From Klebsiella phage KP13-16: a stretch of DNA of 64,000 nt. The DNA lies in sequence record OP617741.1; one strand, 5' to 3'. A program made the position numbers and the translations under genes. This document shows, one piece after another, positions 28,953 through 38,805 of this stretch. Below the pieces are notes generated by a model, which saw nothing but the letters and a program-made list of their open reading frames with translations, was not told the DNA's origin and made no database searches. Position 1 is the first letter of the stretch, and the number at the start of each line of letters is the position of its first letter.

Positions 28953-29108
28953 ATGAAATTACTTATTACTGATATCCGTGCATTTGAAAATTACGGTGCT
29001 GCTTTATCCTGCTTAGGTGCATATTCTGTTGGTGATATTTTAGAATACAATGAACATATGCCAATCTTTGAAATCTTAATTGAAAGAGGCTGGGTGGCTA
29101 AAGTATGA
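28953..29108 (+). CDS. small hypothetical protein (51 aa)
   Basis: below ORF-track cutoff; translationally coupled (ATGA) to next gene. Confidence 0.25.
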   Translation: MKLLITDIRAFENYGAALSCLGAYSVGDILEYNEHMPIFEILIERGWVAKV

Positions 29109-29302
29109 TAACTTTATCTGGTTGGGTTGTAGTTGCTACTTTGAATGGTAAGCAAGAAATAGACCAAGCACAAATTTATAAAACTCCTGCAGAATGTTAT
29201 GTAGCTTTGCATTGGCCTACTACTCAAGGAGATAAAGCTTCATATGATTGTTTTTATATTGAAGGTAAGCCCGTCAAATTAGAAGTTAAGGAGATAAAAT
29301 GA
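29105..29302 (+). CDS. hypothetical protein (65 aa)
   Basis: ORF track. Confidence 0.3.
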   Translation: MITLSGWVVVATLNGKQEIDQAQIYKTPAECYVALHWPTTQGDKASYDCFYIEGKPVKLEVKEIK

Positions 29303-29493
29303 GTATTGTTAGCAAAGAGACACTTGATTATATTAAGAAAAAACGTTCAGATGCTTTAGCTAGAACCTATTATGAAAACAAATATCATAATGCAATGCGT
29401 GGTTTAGATTCAGCAATTGCTATCTTAGAGCAAATTGAGCATACCACACAAGGTTTGTCTATTGAGACTAAAATTACATTGAGTAAGGATTAG
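29299..29493 (+). CDS. hypothetical protein (64 aa)
   Basis: ORF track. Confidence 0.3.
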   Translation: MSIVSKETLDYIKKKRSDALARTYYENKYHNAMRGLDSAIAILEQIEHTTQGLSIETKITLSKD

Positions 29494-29501
29494 GAGGAAA
29501 T

Positions 29502-29750
29502 TTGACTAAAGAAAATATTCAAGAGAACACTATTGACTTCTCTGCACACATCTATGATAGTCCACATTTTGATGCCTGGCGTTATTCAGTTAAAACTTCT
29601 CCAGATTTTCCTGATGTTGTCGTCCTTTCATATGAAGAATTTAATGAAAACTTAAAAGACTATGTAAGTAATGGTGAGATCTCTTTTGATCTTGAAACAT
29701 GGAATAAAATTCAACATGCTGTAGATGTTTTATTCAAAAACAATAAGTGA
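29502..29750 (+). CDS. hypothetical protein (82 aa)
   Basis: ORF track. Confidence 0.3.
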   Translation: MTKENIQENTIDFSAHIYDSPHFDAWRYSVKTSPDFPDVVVLSYEEFNENLKDYVSNGEISFDLETWNKIQHAVDVLFKNNK

Positions 29751-29758
29751 GGAACTAA

Positions 29759-31111
29759 ATGAGTAAAGAATTTGTTATTGAGACTGTATTAAATACATTT
29801 AAATATGAAAAAGCTCTTTTCAAAGAGTGTAATATGATGATTGCAGGCGGTGTTTTTACTTCCCTTTTTACCAAGAAAGAAGTAAATGATGTTGATTGCT
29901 ATTTTCGATCTAAAGCTGATCTTGTTCGCTTTCTGAATTATATTTCTGAGTACGGCGATAATCGTTTTTGTATCTCTATTACTGATAAATCTGTGACGTT
30001 GGTTGGTGGAAGTGTACCAATTCAATTGATCTATTTTAAGTATTTTGAAGATCTTCAAGATGTTTTCAACACTTTTGACTTCACAATCTCAATGTGTGGA
30101 TATGATTTCAAAACTGAAAAACTAGAATATCATCCTGATTTCTTTAGTGATTTATCACAACGCCGTCTGAGTTTTAATAAAAATACAGCATATCCTTTGG
30201 TTAGTGCTTTACGTGTAAATAAATTTAAAGATCGTGGGTATCAGATTTCTCGTAGTGAAATGATTAAGCTTCTTTTAACTGTTTCACAGCTTGAAATTAA
30301 AACACCCCGCCAGTTTATTGAGCAGATTGGTGGTTTCTATGGCAACAGTGCTTTGGCTGCGCTTTCCAAACTGGATGATAAAGATTTTGATCTTGAAAAA
30401 GGTCTGAAGGTCTTGCATGAATCTTCTGAAGGAAGTAACCCAGAAATCAATAAAGTTATTTCTAAACCTAACGAATCTAAGCTTGCTGTTCATCAACTTG
30501 CTCGCTTGATTGATTCAGATAATCCATTAGAGGGTGGTTGGTATCGAGAAGATAATGTGGCCTATTATAAATCTAAATATGGTCGTCATAGTATTCCTTT
30601 GGATATTGCTTTGCTGTTTGCACCTCAAAATGAAGTCTTTGAAAATGTAAACCCAGAAGAGCCTACTAGTGGAATGTTTTATAAATGGGTGCATAAAACA
30701 GAGAATCCAAATATCTTTAAATCTATTCACCGAGATTCTTTCTTATACGAACTGGGTAAAGATGCCGTAGATGAGCAATCTGGCTTATTCTTCTGCAAGG
30801 ATACAGATATTAAAGACCACTACTTTGCAAATCGTGAAGGCGTTGTTATGTTGATGTGTCTTGCAGAAATTAAAGATCGAACGGCTCACAGATCTAATGA
30901 ACTTCGTTTCACTAAGGTTAAAGTTCTGAGTGTTGTTAATGAGCCTTATGTCAAATCTCCTGACCTGTCTACTGTAGATATTAGTAGTAAATTTAATATC
31001 AAAGTCTCAGAGAATCATTGTCGAAATGAAGAACTGGATTTGGAAGATTTGCCTGAAGAAAATGAAGGGAGTACTGTTGAACCCCTCAGTGTAACCGGAC
31101 CAGTGTTTTGA
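29759..31111 (+). CDS. putative pol-beta-superfamily nucleotidyltransferase-fold protein (450 aa)
   Basis: N-terminal MIAGGVFTSLFTKKEVNDVDCYF (GG..x9..DVD) and downstream FDFTISM resemble hG[GS]..Dh[DE]h plus third-Asp strand of minimal/CD-NTase-type nucleotidyltransferases; rest unassigned. Confidence 0.3.
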   Translation: MSKEFVIETVLNTFKYEKALFKECNMMIAGGVFTSLFTKKEVNDVDCYFRSKADLVRFLNYISEYGDNRFCISITDKSVTLVGGSVPIQLIYFKYFEDLQDVFNTFDFTISMCGYDFKTEKLEYHPDFFSDLSQRRLSFNKNTAYPLVSALRVNKFKDRGYQISRSEMIKLLLTVSQLEIKTPRQFIEQIGGFYGNSALAALSKLDDKDFDLEKGLKVLHESSEGSNPEINKVISKPNESKLAVHQLARLIDSDNPLEGGWYREDNVAYYKSKYGRHSIPLDIALLFAPQNEVFENVNPEEPTSGMFYKWVHKTENPNIFKSIHRDSFLYELGKDAVDEQSGLFFCKDTDIKDHYFANREGVVMLMCLAEIKDRTAHRSNELRFTKVKVLSVVNEPYVKSPDLSTVDISSKFNIKVSENHCRNEELDLEDLPEENEGSTVEPLSVTGPVF

Positions 31112-31248
31112 TAATCAAAAATTAGCGGTCTAGAAAGCAATATGAGAGGTTTTTAGAGAGAAGATATCCGTATGGGTTACTTTAAACTAAAACCTCTCAA
31201 AATCGTTTCTAGGTGTCTTAAATTTGATCTGTAGTTTTAAAGGAAAAT

Positions 31249-31533
31249 ATGAGACGATTAACAGATAGAGAACAGATAGAATTCCTTATGGCTTACTTAC
31301 CTTCTGTAGGACATACAAAAGGTACACCATTTGAAGAGGCAACTCTTACTCTGGATAGTGGAAGACCTTTTGACATCTACTCTATGAAAGAAATTTTAGA
31401 GCTTTTGCACCATATGAACATAGTTGCTGCAACAGGTGCTGTATCACCCACAGATAAATTTGTTTATATTTGGTTAAAGCATCATGGAATTATTGATGCG
31501 TTTTCTTACCTAAATGAACATATAAATAGTTAG
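31249..31533 (+). CDS. hypothetical protein (94 aa)
   Basis: ORF track. Confidence 0.3.
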   Translation: MRRLTDREQIEFLMAYLPSVGHTKGTPFEEATLTLDSGRPFDIYSMKEILELLHHMNIVAATGAVSPTDKFVYIWLKHHGIIDAFSYLNEHINS

Positions 31534-31720
31534 TAACCACTATACCTATATGTTGTGTGTTTTGTCTTTTACAGACACTATAAAAGTCATGAACTTTGAT
31601 CGGGCTGGAAGCCTTGGTATCTCTGGCCTGGAAGCAAAACAGTATTAGGATGGAGTATAGTACCCTCCCAGAAATTATAATAATTATAATTAATCATATT
31701 AATATTAAGTAAGGAGTTAG

Positions 31721-33001
31721 ATGAGTAAGATAGAATATGAAACATCTTATGAAAGGATCCTAAGATTAGATAATAAAAGAATTGGTCAGATGTACCCTAT
31801 AATCTTCAGAGGAAGAAAAGATGGGTGTCATGATATTGTAGAAAATATCTTAGGGTTAATTACAGATCATACTACTAAGCAGAAAGAGATTGAGTGTTAC
31901 AGAACTTTACTTTATAATCTAGTTTATTCTTATTGTTACAAAGGTTATGAAGGTATAGTTTTTTCTTCTAATAAAAATAATTTTAAGAGTTATTATGTAC
32001 TGAATGGAACTAAACATAAAACTAAAATTTATTATGATGGATCCAGAAGATTCTTGGACAAGATGAAAAACCTAGGATACCTAACTTCAGCCCCAGGTGG
32101 GAGTTTAGGTGTACATGGATACAAACCAGGTTATATTCTTTTCACTGATAAGTTCAAAAGAGAAGTTGGAGAATATGATCTTGTAGAGATCGTTCCAGAA
32201 AAGAATTTAGTCCGTATGAGAAACAGAAAAACAGGAGAGTATATGATCTTTAAGGAAACAGATGAAGTCATTGAAATGATAAAGTTGACTCGTGAGTATA
32301 ACCAGATGATGGAACAATGGAATGTTGAACTCAATGGTGTCCCTATCAACAGTGACATTTATCGTCTCTTTCTGGACTCTATGGATTACTATGCAAGATG
32401 GCATGGTGAATTCCAGATTATTCCTTCTGAACAACGGCAGGATATAACGTTTGATTTAAATCCTACTAAAGAGATTGACTTTCAGGCTAGTCACATCACC
32501 ATTATGTATGCTATGAAAGGTCTTCAGATCACTGATTCAGATCCTTATGATCCTCAAAAGGTTATGGCAAATATTGACTTGGATGAGGTGGACTTCAATG
32601 GTTGTAGTCTCACTAGAAAAGATCTTAAAACCTTTGTCATGATGATGATCAATTGTAAATCTCATACCTCTGCTGTCAAAGCACTTGCAAACGAGGAATC
32701 TTTGAGTTATAAGTATGGGAAAGGTCATACTTTCTATAGCAGTATCCTTCTTGCTCTCGAAATGATCCACCATGAGATCTCTGATTTATTCTATGTTCCT
32801 GGCTTCTCTATGACGTTGATGAAACAAGAATCCGAGGTTATGGCAGAGATTTTAAGAAAATGTGTAGAAAATGAGTTGCCTGTTCTACCAATTCATGATA
32901 GTGTTGTCTGCATGGAAGAACATGTGAGAGAGGTCAATCAAATCATGCTTGACAGTTTCTTTGAAAAGTGGCATGTTCAATGTACAACTAAGATTAAGTG
33001 A
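31721..33001 (+). CDS. hypothetical protein (426 aa), AT-rich island
   Basis: ORF track; preceded by very AT-rich promoter-like tract with ATTATAAT repeats. Confidence 0.4.
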   Translation: MSKIEYETSYERILRLDNKRIGQMYPIIFRGRKDGCHDIVENILGLITDHTTKQKEIECYRTLLYNLVYSYCYKGYEGIVFSSNKNNFKSYYVLNGTKHKTKIYYDGSRRFLDKMKNLGYLTSAPGGSLGVHGYKPGYILFTDKFKREVGEYDLVEIVPEKNLVRMRNRKTGEYMIFKETDEVIEMIKLTREYNQMMEQWNVELNGVPINSDIYRLFLDSMDYYARWHGEFQIIPSEQRQDITFDLNPTKEIDFQASHITIMYAMKGLQITDSDPYDPQKVMANIDLDEVDFNGCSLTRKDLKTFVMMMINCKSHTSAVKALANEESLSYKYGKGHTFYSSILLALEMIHHEISDLFYVPGFSMTLMKQESEVMAEILRKCVENELPVLPIHDSVVCMEEHVREVNQIMLDSFFEKWHVQCTTKIK

Positions 33002-33011
33002 GGTATTTACT

Positions 33012-33521
33012 ATGGTGAGTATTAAATTAGATACATATGCAGTTCGTCAGTTGTTCCCAGAAGGAACTCAAGCTTATGTAGATTTGCAACAATCAGTTAT
33101 TTCAAATATTGCTAAAGACCTTATCATTAAGGATACTGGCAATAAAGTTCGTAAACTGATTCAAGACGAAATCAATGCTTATGGACTAGTTGTTCCTGAT
33201 GTATCAGACATTGTCAAGAAAGAAGTCGATACTTGGTTCGAATCCCGTGGTTATGGCTCTGTTTATTATAATGTGTCAAATGTCTTTAAAGGACGTATGC
33301 AAGAAGCAGCAGATCGTGAAGCACGTGCAACTATTGACGCTGTTATCAGTGATGTAATTAAAACCGCTACTGATAGAGCAATGAAAGATATTGAATACAA
33401 AATCGAAGCTGCTACTCAACGTATTGAGAAAATCATTGTTGATCGTGTTAACCAGAGCTTTGCTTCAATCATCGATCAGGCTGTAGCAGAGAAAATCAAG
33501 AAAGCTATCCCAGGATTATAA
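33012..33521 (+). CDS. hypothetical protein (~170 aa)
   Basis: ORF track; start moved to ATG 33012 (MVSIKLD) after RBS GAGGT to avoid overlap. Confidence 0.35.
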   Translation: MVSIKLDTYAVRQLFPEGTQAYVDLQQSVISNIAKDLIIKDTGNKVRKLIQDEINAYGLVVPDVSDIVKKEVDTWFESRGYGSVYYNVSNVFKGRMQEAADREARATIDAVISDVIKTATDRAMKDIEYKIEAATQRIEKIIVDRVNQSFASIIDQAVAEKIKKAIPGL

Positions 33522-33655
33522 ACTAGAGTGCAAAATAACACGTCTAGAATCAAATCTGAGGTGTTTAATATCTAAAAATGAGTTACCCTACAGCTTAAAA
33601 TAATAACGTCTTATAATCGCTTATAGAAGCTTTAAAATAATATAGGAGTTAATTA

Positions 33656-33838
33656 ATGAGTAAGACTAAAGTTTGTGTAAGTTCATTTGATAACCCAAAA
33701 ATTGCTGCTTGTGGTGGCCCCTATAATGACTTTTACATTACACCCTATTGTAGGGAAGTAATTACATGCAAAAAATGTCGTAAAACAAAAGAGTTTAAGA
33801 ACTTACCAAATGCTCATGCAAAGGGGTTTAAGAAATGA
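33656..33838 (+). CDS. small Cys-rich protein (60 aa)
   Basis: ORF track; CVSS...CGGP...CKKCRK zinc-ribbon-like. Confidence 0.3.
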   Translation: MSKTKVCVSSFDNPKIAACGGPYNDFYITPYCREVITCKKCRKTKEFKNLPNAHAKGFKK

Positions 33839-34245
33839 ATAAAACTATTGAAACTTGGATTAAAAATGTAAAAACATACCCTCCTGCTGAGATCTTCTTT
33901 GAAAAGTATGGAAAAGAGGCCAAATCAGAGAAAAGAATCCAGGATCTTTGTGAAGAAGTTTATCGGTTTTGCTTCCCTGAAGGAGAGAAGAATCCATTAT
34001 CAGATCTTTCTCAATCATATCGAGAACTTGAAGTAGCTTATATTCTTGGTTTTGAGGGAATGAAGAAAGAATATCTTCAAAAGGTTAAAGATAAATTTCT
34101 TGAAGATGCCAAGTATGCTATTAAAGCATTAGACAACCTCTTCAAAAAAGATCAATTACTTCAAAAATATTATGTAGACTGGAAACTTAAATATTCTGAA
34201 TTGGAAACAGAAGTATATAAAATGACTAAGGGGTATTTGCAATGA
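33835..34245 (+). CDS. hypothetical protein (136 aa)
   Basis: ORF track. Confidence 0.35.
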   Translation: MNKTIETWIKNVKTYPPAEIFFEKYGKEAKSEKRIQDLCEEVYRFCFPEGEKNPLSDLSQSYRELEVAYILGFEGMKKEYLQKVKDKFLEDAKYAIKALDNLFKKDQLLQKYYVDWKLKYSELETEVYKMTKGYLQ

Positions 34246-34484
34246 AAGTTATTATTACAGCAGAGGCACGTGTTCATCTTTCTAAAATTGTAGAAATGAG
34301 TGAAGAAGATTATGAAAAATATAAAGAAATTGTTGTTGATTCTACGGGTTTAACTTATAGAGAAATAGATCAAGAGATTGCAAAACTCGCAGATAAATAT
34401 GATTTTGGTTATGGTGACGATATAGAGGACATGGAAGACCCGGAAGAGGTTACTTTTCAGGTTTTTAAAGAGGGTTCAAATTGA
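34242..34484 (+). CDS. hypothetical acidic protein (80 aa)
   Basis: ORF track. Confidence 0.3.
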   Translation: MKVIITAEARVHLSKIVEMSEEDYEKYKEIVVDSTGLTYREIDQEIAKLADKYDFGYGDDIEDMEDPEEVTFQVFKEGSN

Positions 34485-37400
34485 AAAAATTTTCACCTAC
34501 AAAAGAGCAAAAAGAATCTTTAAATGTTTTTGAAATTGAACAGATTCTAAAGATTTCAGCAAAGGCTGGTACAGGTAAGGCCCAACCACTCACAGCAGTA
34601 GTAAAAACCCCAAACGGGGATGTAGAATTAGGAAAAATTAATATTGGAGATTCTGTATTTAGAAAAGATGGCAGTATTGGTAAAGTAACAGGAGTTTTTC
34701 CTCAAGATGGACTTCAACCAACATATAAAGTAACGTTTCGAGATGGATCTAGTACAGAATGTAATGGTGAGCACATTTGGAGTGTATATGGAGGGAAATA
34801 TAAGGATAAAATTGTTAACAGAACTTTAAATGAAATGCTTGAAAAAGGCTTATATAATTCTCTGGGAGATATGAAGTATAAGATTCCTATGGCAGAACCA
34901 GTCCAATATCAAACAAAAGCCTTTGATATTGATCCATATGTTTTAGGAGTTTTAATTGGTGATGGCTATCTTTGTGGAACAACACCAGCGTTTAGTGTAG
35001 GAGAAAAAGATAAAGAAATCTTAGAGTTGGTTCAAAAAATTTATCCAAATTGGATTTATGGGAAACATATTACAGGTAAAAATTGTATCCAGTATAGTAT
35101 CTCAGAGCCAACGAAAGGTAGAGTAAATAATATTAAAAATAAAATAGAAAATCTTGGTTTAAATGTAAAATCAAGCTTTAAATTTATACCTAATGAGTAT
35201 TTATATGGAGATGTCCGCCAAAGAATCCAATTACTTAGAGGGTTAATGGATACAGATGGAAGTTGCGTTAAAAATAGAACAAGTTTTACATCAACATCAA
35301 AAAACTTAATATTAGACTTAAAGACTCTTGTTCAAAGTCTTGGTGGAACAGCCATTGAAACTTATGTAGATGTGAGGAGTGAAAATTCATGTTATACATT
35401 GAATATTAAAACTCCAATGTGTCCTTTTAAGGTTAAAAGTAAAGCTTCACTTTGGACTAAAAGCAGTAAAAATCCTCCATCAAGATATATCAAGAGTGTT
35501 GAGTATGTAGGTGAAAAAGAACAAGTCTGTATCTCCGTTGACAGCGATGACCAATTATATTTAACAGATGAGTTTATTGTTACACATAATACATCAACAC
35601 TTAAATTTATTGCTGAATCTCATCCTGAGTTGACTTTCTTATATGTAGCTTTTAATAAGAGTATGGCAAACGATGCAGCCAAGAAGTTCCCAGATAACGT
35701 GCATGTTATGACCATTCATTCACTGGCATATCGTAACATTGGTAAGCACTATGCTCATAAATTGACTCGCCCAACTGGTCGTTATATTAATATGGCTGGG
35801 ACAGGATCTGAGATTGCACAACATTACGGTATTTTTGATATGAAAGACCATAATGGGGCGGTCTTGACTAAAAATTATCTTGGATTAATTGTAAAAGATA
35901 CAGTTAATACTTTTGAAAGGTCTGATAAAGATAAAATTACAGAATTTCATATTCCTAAGTTCCATATGGATGATGTCAAACGTCGATTTGCTCTTAAAGA
36001 ATCTAAAGTTAAAAAGGAAATTTTGAGTGTTGCTAAAAAACTTTGGGAAGATCGTTGTGACAAAGAGGAACGAATCCTTTGCACACATGATACTTATCTA
36101 AAACTGTATCAGATGAGTAAACCTAAGTTTGAAACTTATGACTGTGTTCTGATTGACGAAGCACAGGATACTAGTGATGTAATGATTTCACTTTTCTCTA
36201 ATATTAAACCTAAAATCGTCTATGTTGGTGATAAACACCAATGTGTTTCTGGAGAAACTGTACTTGAGACACCTTGTGGTAATAAGCTTATGCAAGATCT
36301 TTCCATAGGAGATGAAGTAAAATCTTACAGAAACGGTCAACAAGTCTATCGTAGAGTGTTGAATAAAACTTTATCAAATCGTACAGAAGGATTAAGTGTT
36401 GCTACTCGGAATGGTAATATCCTAGATATGACACTAAATCATAAAATTTGGGCTACCAGTTTTAATTTACAAGAAAAACAGATGATTGTATATCTTATGT
36501 GGAGAAAAGACCTTGGATTCCGTGTTGGTATTACCAATAAGATAAAAGATAGTTATGGTAATATTAGTTTTGGTCAGAGAACTTTACATGAACGTGCACA
36601 AAAATTTTGGATTCTAGATGTTGTAGCTAATCGTGAGGAAGCTCTTGAAAAAGAACTTACATATAGCTTACAGTATGGTATCCCAATGTGCGTATATGAA
36701 GCAAAATCACGAGGTCTGAATCAAGATCGTATTAATAACATTTTTAAAATTTTTGGCAAAAATGGTTTCATTTTATTATCAGAAAAAGATTACTCTTTTG
36801 AATACCCGCATTGGCACAATATCAATTCACGCTCAGTTAACCGTAAAATGTTAACAGTACATTTGACAGCACATTGTGTCAAAGGTAGCCAAGTTTCTTT
36901 TGAGTGGACAGAGGAAGACATGCCAATTACTTCTACTTTAGAAGATGCTGGAATTAAAGTTACATATGCTAAAAAGAGTGGAAGATTTCGTGTACGTAAA
37001 TGGTTTAGTAGCTACATTGAAGCATTAGAGTTTTCTAATGATATTTGTGATTTAGTACCTTATGCATCAATTACAGAGCGAATGGCCTACACATCTGAGC
37101 ACAAGTTAAATTTATTACCTGCGGCTTGTCTGTTTGAAGGGATGTCTGTACTAATAGATGATGGATGTGGAAATACTGTAATAGATGAGATTATCTCTAT
37201 TACCCCACATAAAGGTGAGTATTTTGATATTGAAGTAGAAGATACTGCTAATTTCTTTGGTAATGGAATTCTTAGCCATAACTGCATTTACGGTTGGCGT
37301 GGATCAGTTAACGCTATGGAGAAAATCAGTGCACCAGAAGTTAAATTAACTCAATCATTCCGATTTGGTAAAGATATTGCAGATGTAGCAAAATTGATTA

Positions 37401-38077
37401 TTGATGAAGAGGTAACAGGACTGGAATCTATTAAGTCAATTGTTGGTGAGATTGATCCTAATAAGCCTTATACTGTCCTTTATCGTAAGAATGTGACCTT
37501 AATTTTTGAAGCACTTGAGATGATTGCAAGAGGTGAGAAAATCTTCCTGAATATTGATGTAAGGGACTTTGTCTCTATGCTCGAATCTGCTCTATATCTT
37601 CACAATAAACAAATTAAGAAGGTTAAACATGAGCTTATTGTACCATACGCAACATGGGGAGATTTAGTCAATGAAGCACAATCTGATCCAAGTATGGGTA
37701 AACTCGTTAAAATTGTCCAGGAAGGTCGTGCTCAAGAAGTTATCAACAATTTAAACTTTAGTGAAAAGAGTGAAGCGACTGCTGATGTTATTTTGACAAC
37801 TAGCCATAAAGCGAAGGGTCTTGAATGGGATCAGGTTGTCCTTGCAGATGATTTTAAGTCTTGTTATGACAGTAAAGGTAAACTTCAGAAAGTTGACCAA
37901 GAAGAAGATAACCTACTTTATGTAGCTTGTACTCGTGCACGTAAAGTCCTGAAACCAAACAGTGTTGTTGAAGAAAAATTTCTGTTAAAAGGAATCCCTA
38001 TCCCTTATAAAATTGCACATTTTGGTGTAGGCGATAGTGAAAGTATTGACCAATTTTTTGTTACTGAGGAGCAATAA
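34481..38077 (+). CDS. UvrD/PcrA-like SF1 DNA helicase interrupted by two inteins (extein ~514 aa)
   Basis: Walker A reconstituted as AKAGTGK|TSTL across intein 1; motif III reconstituted as VGDKHQ|CIYGWRGS across intein 2; C-terminal ILTTSHKAKGLEWDQVVL and LLYVACTRARKVL (motif VI-like). Confidence 0.7.
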   Translation: MKKFSPTKEQKESLNVFEIEQILKISAKAGTGKAQPLTAVVKTPNGDVELGKINIGDSVFRKDGSIGKVTGVFPQDGLQPTYKVTFRDGSSTECNGEHIWSVYGGKYKDKIVNRTLNEMLEKGLYNSLGDMKYKIPMAEPVQYQTKAFDIDPYVLGVLIGDGYLCGTTPAFSVGEKDKEILELVQKIYPNWIYGKHITGKNCIQYSISEPTKGRVNNIKNKIENLGLNVKSSFKFIPNEYLYGDVRQRIQLLRGLMDTDGSCVKNRTSFTSTSKNLILDLKTLVQSLGGTAIETYVDVRSENSCYTLNIKTPMCPFKVKSKASLWTKSSKNPPSRYIKSVEYVGEKEQVCISVDSDDQLYLTDEFIVTHNTSTLKFIAESHPELTFLYVAFNKSMANDAAKKFPDNVHVMTIHSLAYRNIGKHYAHKLTRPTGRYINMAGTGSEIAQHYGIFDMKDHNGAVLTKNYLGLIVKDTVNTFERSDKDKITEFHIPKFHMDDVKRRFALKESKVKKEILSVAKKLWEDRCDKEERILCTHDTYLKLYQMSKPKFETYDCVLIDEAQDTSDVMISLFSNIKPKIVYVGDKHQCVSGETVLETPCGNKLMQDLSIGDEVKSYRNGQQVYRRVLNKTLSNRTEGLSVATRNGNILDMTLNHKIWATSFNLQEKQMIVYLMWRKDLGFRVGITNKIKDSYGNISFGQRTLHERAQKFWILDVVANREEALEKELTYSLQYGIPMCVYEAKSRGLNQDRINNIFKIFGKNGFILLSEKDYSFEYPHWHNINSRSVNRKMLTVHLTAHCVKGSQVSFEWTEEDMPITSTLEDAGIKVTYAKKSGRFRVRKWFSSYIEALEFSNDICDLVPYASITERMAYTSEHKLNLLPAACLFEGMSVLIDDGCGNTVIDEIISITPHKGEYFDIEVEDTANFFGNGILSHNCIYGWRGSVNAMEKISAPEVKLTQSFRFGKDIADVAKLIIDEEVTGLESIKSIVGEIDPNKPYTVLYRKNVTLIFEALEMIARGEKIFLNIDVRDFVSMLESALYLHNKQIKKVKHELIVPYATWGDLVNEAQSDPSMGKLVKIVQEGRAQEVINNLNFSEKSEATADVILTTSHKAKGLEWDQVVLADDFKSCYDSKGKLQKVDQEEDNLLYVACTRARKVLKPNSVVEEKFLLKGIPIPYKIAHFGVGDSESIDQFFVTEEQ
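34580..35590 (+). mobile_element. intein 1 (337 aa) in helicase P-loop, with LAGLIDADG homing endonuclease domain
   Basis: block A-like AQPLTAVVKTPNGDVELGKINIGDSVF starting with Ala; two LAGLIDADG motifs (YVLGVLIGDGYL, LLRGLMDTDGSC); C-terminal IVTHN followed by Thr+1; length divisible by 3. Confidence 0.65.
36242..37282 (+). mobile_element. intein 2 (347 aa) in helicase motif III
   Basis: canonical block A CVSGETVLETPCGNKLMQDLSIGDEV, block B TLNHKIW, C-terminal GILSHN followed by Cys+1; central insert domain of unrecognised type. Confidence 0.65.
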
Positions 38078-38079
38078 AA

Positions 38080-38325
38080 ATGCGATTAATTTCCCCATAC
38101 CCAAGGCCACAAAAGCCAGGTAGAGCCTACTATGAATCTGTGTATAAAGATTGTGTTATGGTTTATGCAGAAGATTTGGCAATTGGTGATACCCTCCGCT
38201 ATGGAGGGATTGTTGAAAGTGTAGTCGTTTATAGACAGACAGGAAAGGTTCAATTTTCTATAGCAGGAAAATCTAATAATATTGAAATTTCTGTTGGGTC
38301 AATGATAAATCTTAAGGTGAATTAA
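38080..38325 (+). CDS. hypothetical protein (81 aa)
   Basis: ORF track. Confidence 0.3.
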   Translation: MRLISPYPRPQKPGRAYYESVYKDCVMVYAEDLAIGDTLRYGGIVESVVVYRQTGKVQFSIAGKSNNIEISVGSMINLKVN

Positions 38326-38805
38326 ATGAGTAATGAAATATTAATTGAAGTGAATAATGAGTTAGTAGCAACTATCGATAAGTGTCGTGAAATTGTCAAC
38401 TGTCCGAAGGGTATAGATTTGCAGGACCATCTGCGACAGTTGGCTGCGGAGAATATGGCGCTATCGAAGGATGCTCAGCGTTATCGCTTTATCAGAGAAA
38501 GGGACATGTTCGGTTCAGACAATGAATCTGGATTGTTGAGTTGGGAGGAACTCACCGAGCTTGAGTGCAAAGAATTCGATGATGCACTTGATGCAAGAAT
38601 TAACCATCCAAATACTGGTTTTATAGAGTTTGACGCCAAGCTGCAAGCTCGCGAAACCCTCGCCACCGATCGGATCCTAGCCGGGATTAAGGCTGATGGG
38701 GTAGAGGAGTTTGCAAAGTACATCTCACTCTATAATAGCGGTGCTAAACATCATACGATTAATTTTGCAAAACATCTGCGTGAGGGTCTGACAAATGAAT
38801 TTTAA
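38326..38805 (+). CDS. hypothetical protein (159 aa), GC-richer codon usage
   Basis: ORF track; noticeably higher GC than flanks. Confidence 0.35.
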   Translation: MSNEILIEVNNELVATIDKCREIVNCPKGIDLQDHLRQLAAENMALSKDAQRYRFIRERDMFGSDNESGLLSWEELTELECKEFDDALDARINHPNTGFIEFDAKLQARETLATDRILAGIKADGVEEFAKYISLYNSGAKHHTINFAKHLREGLTNEF

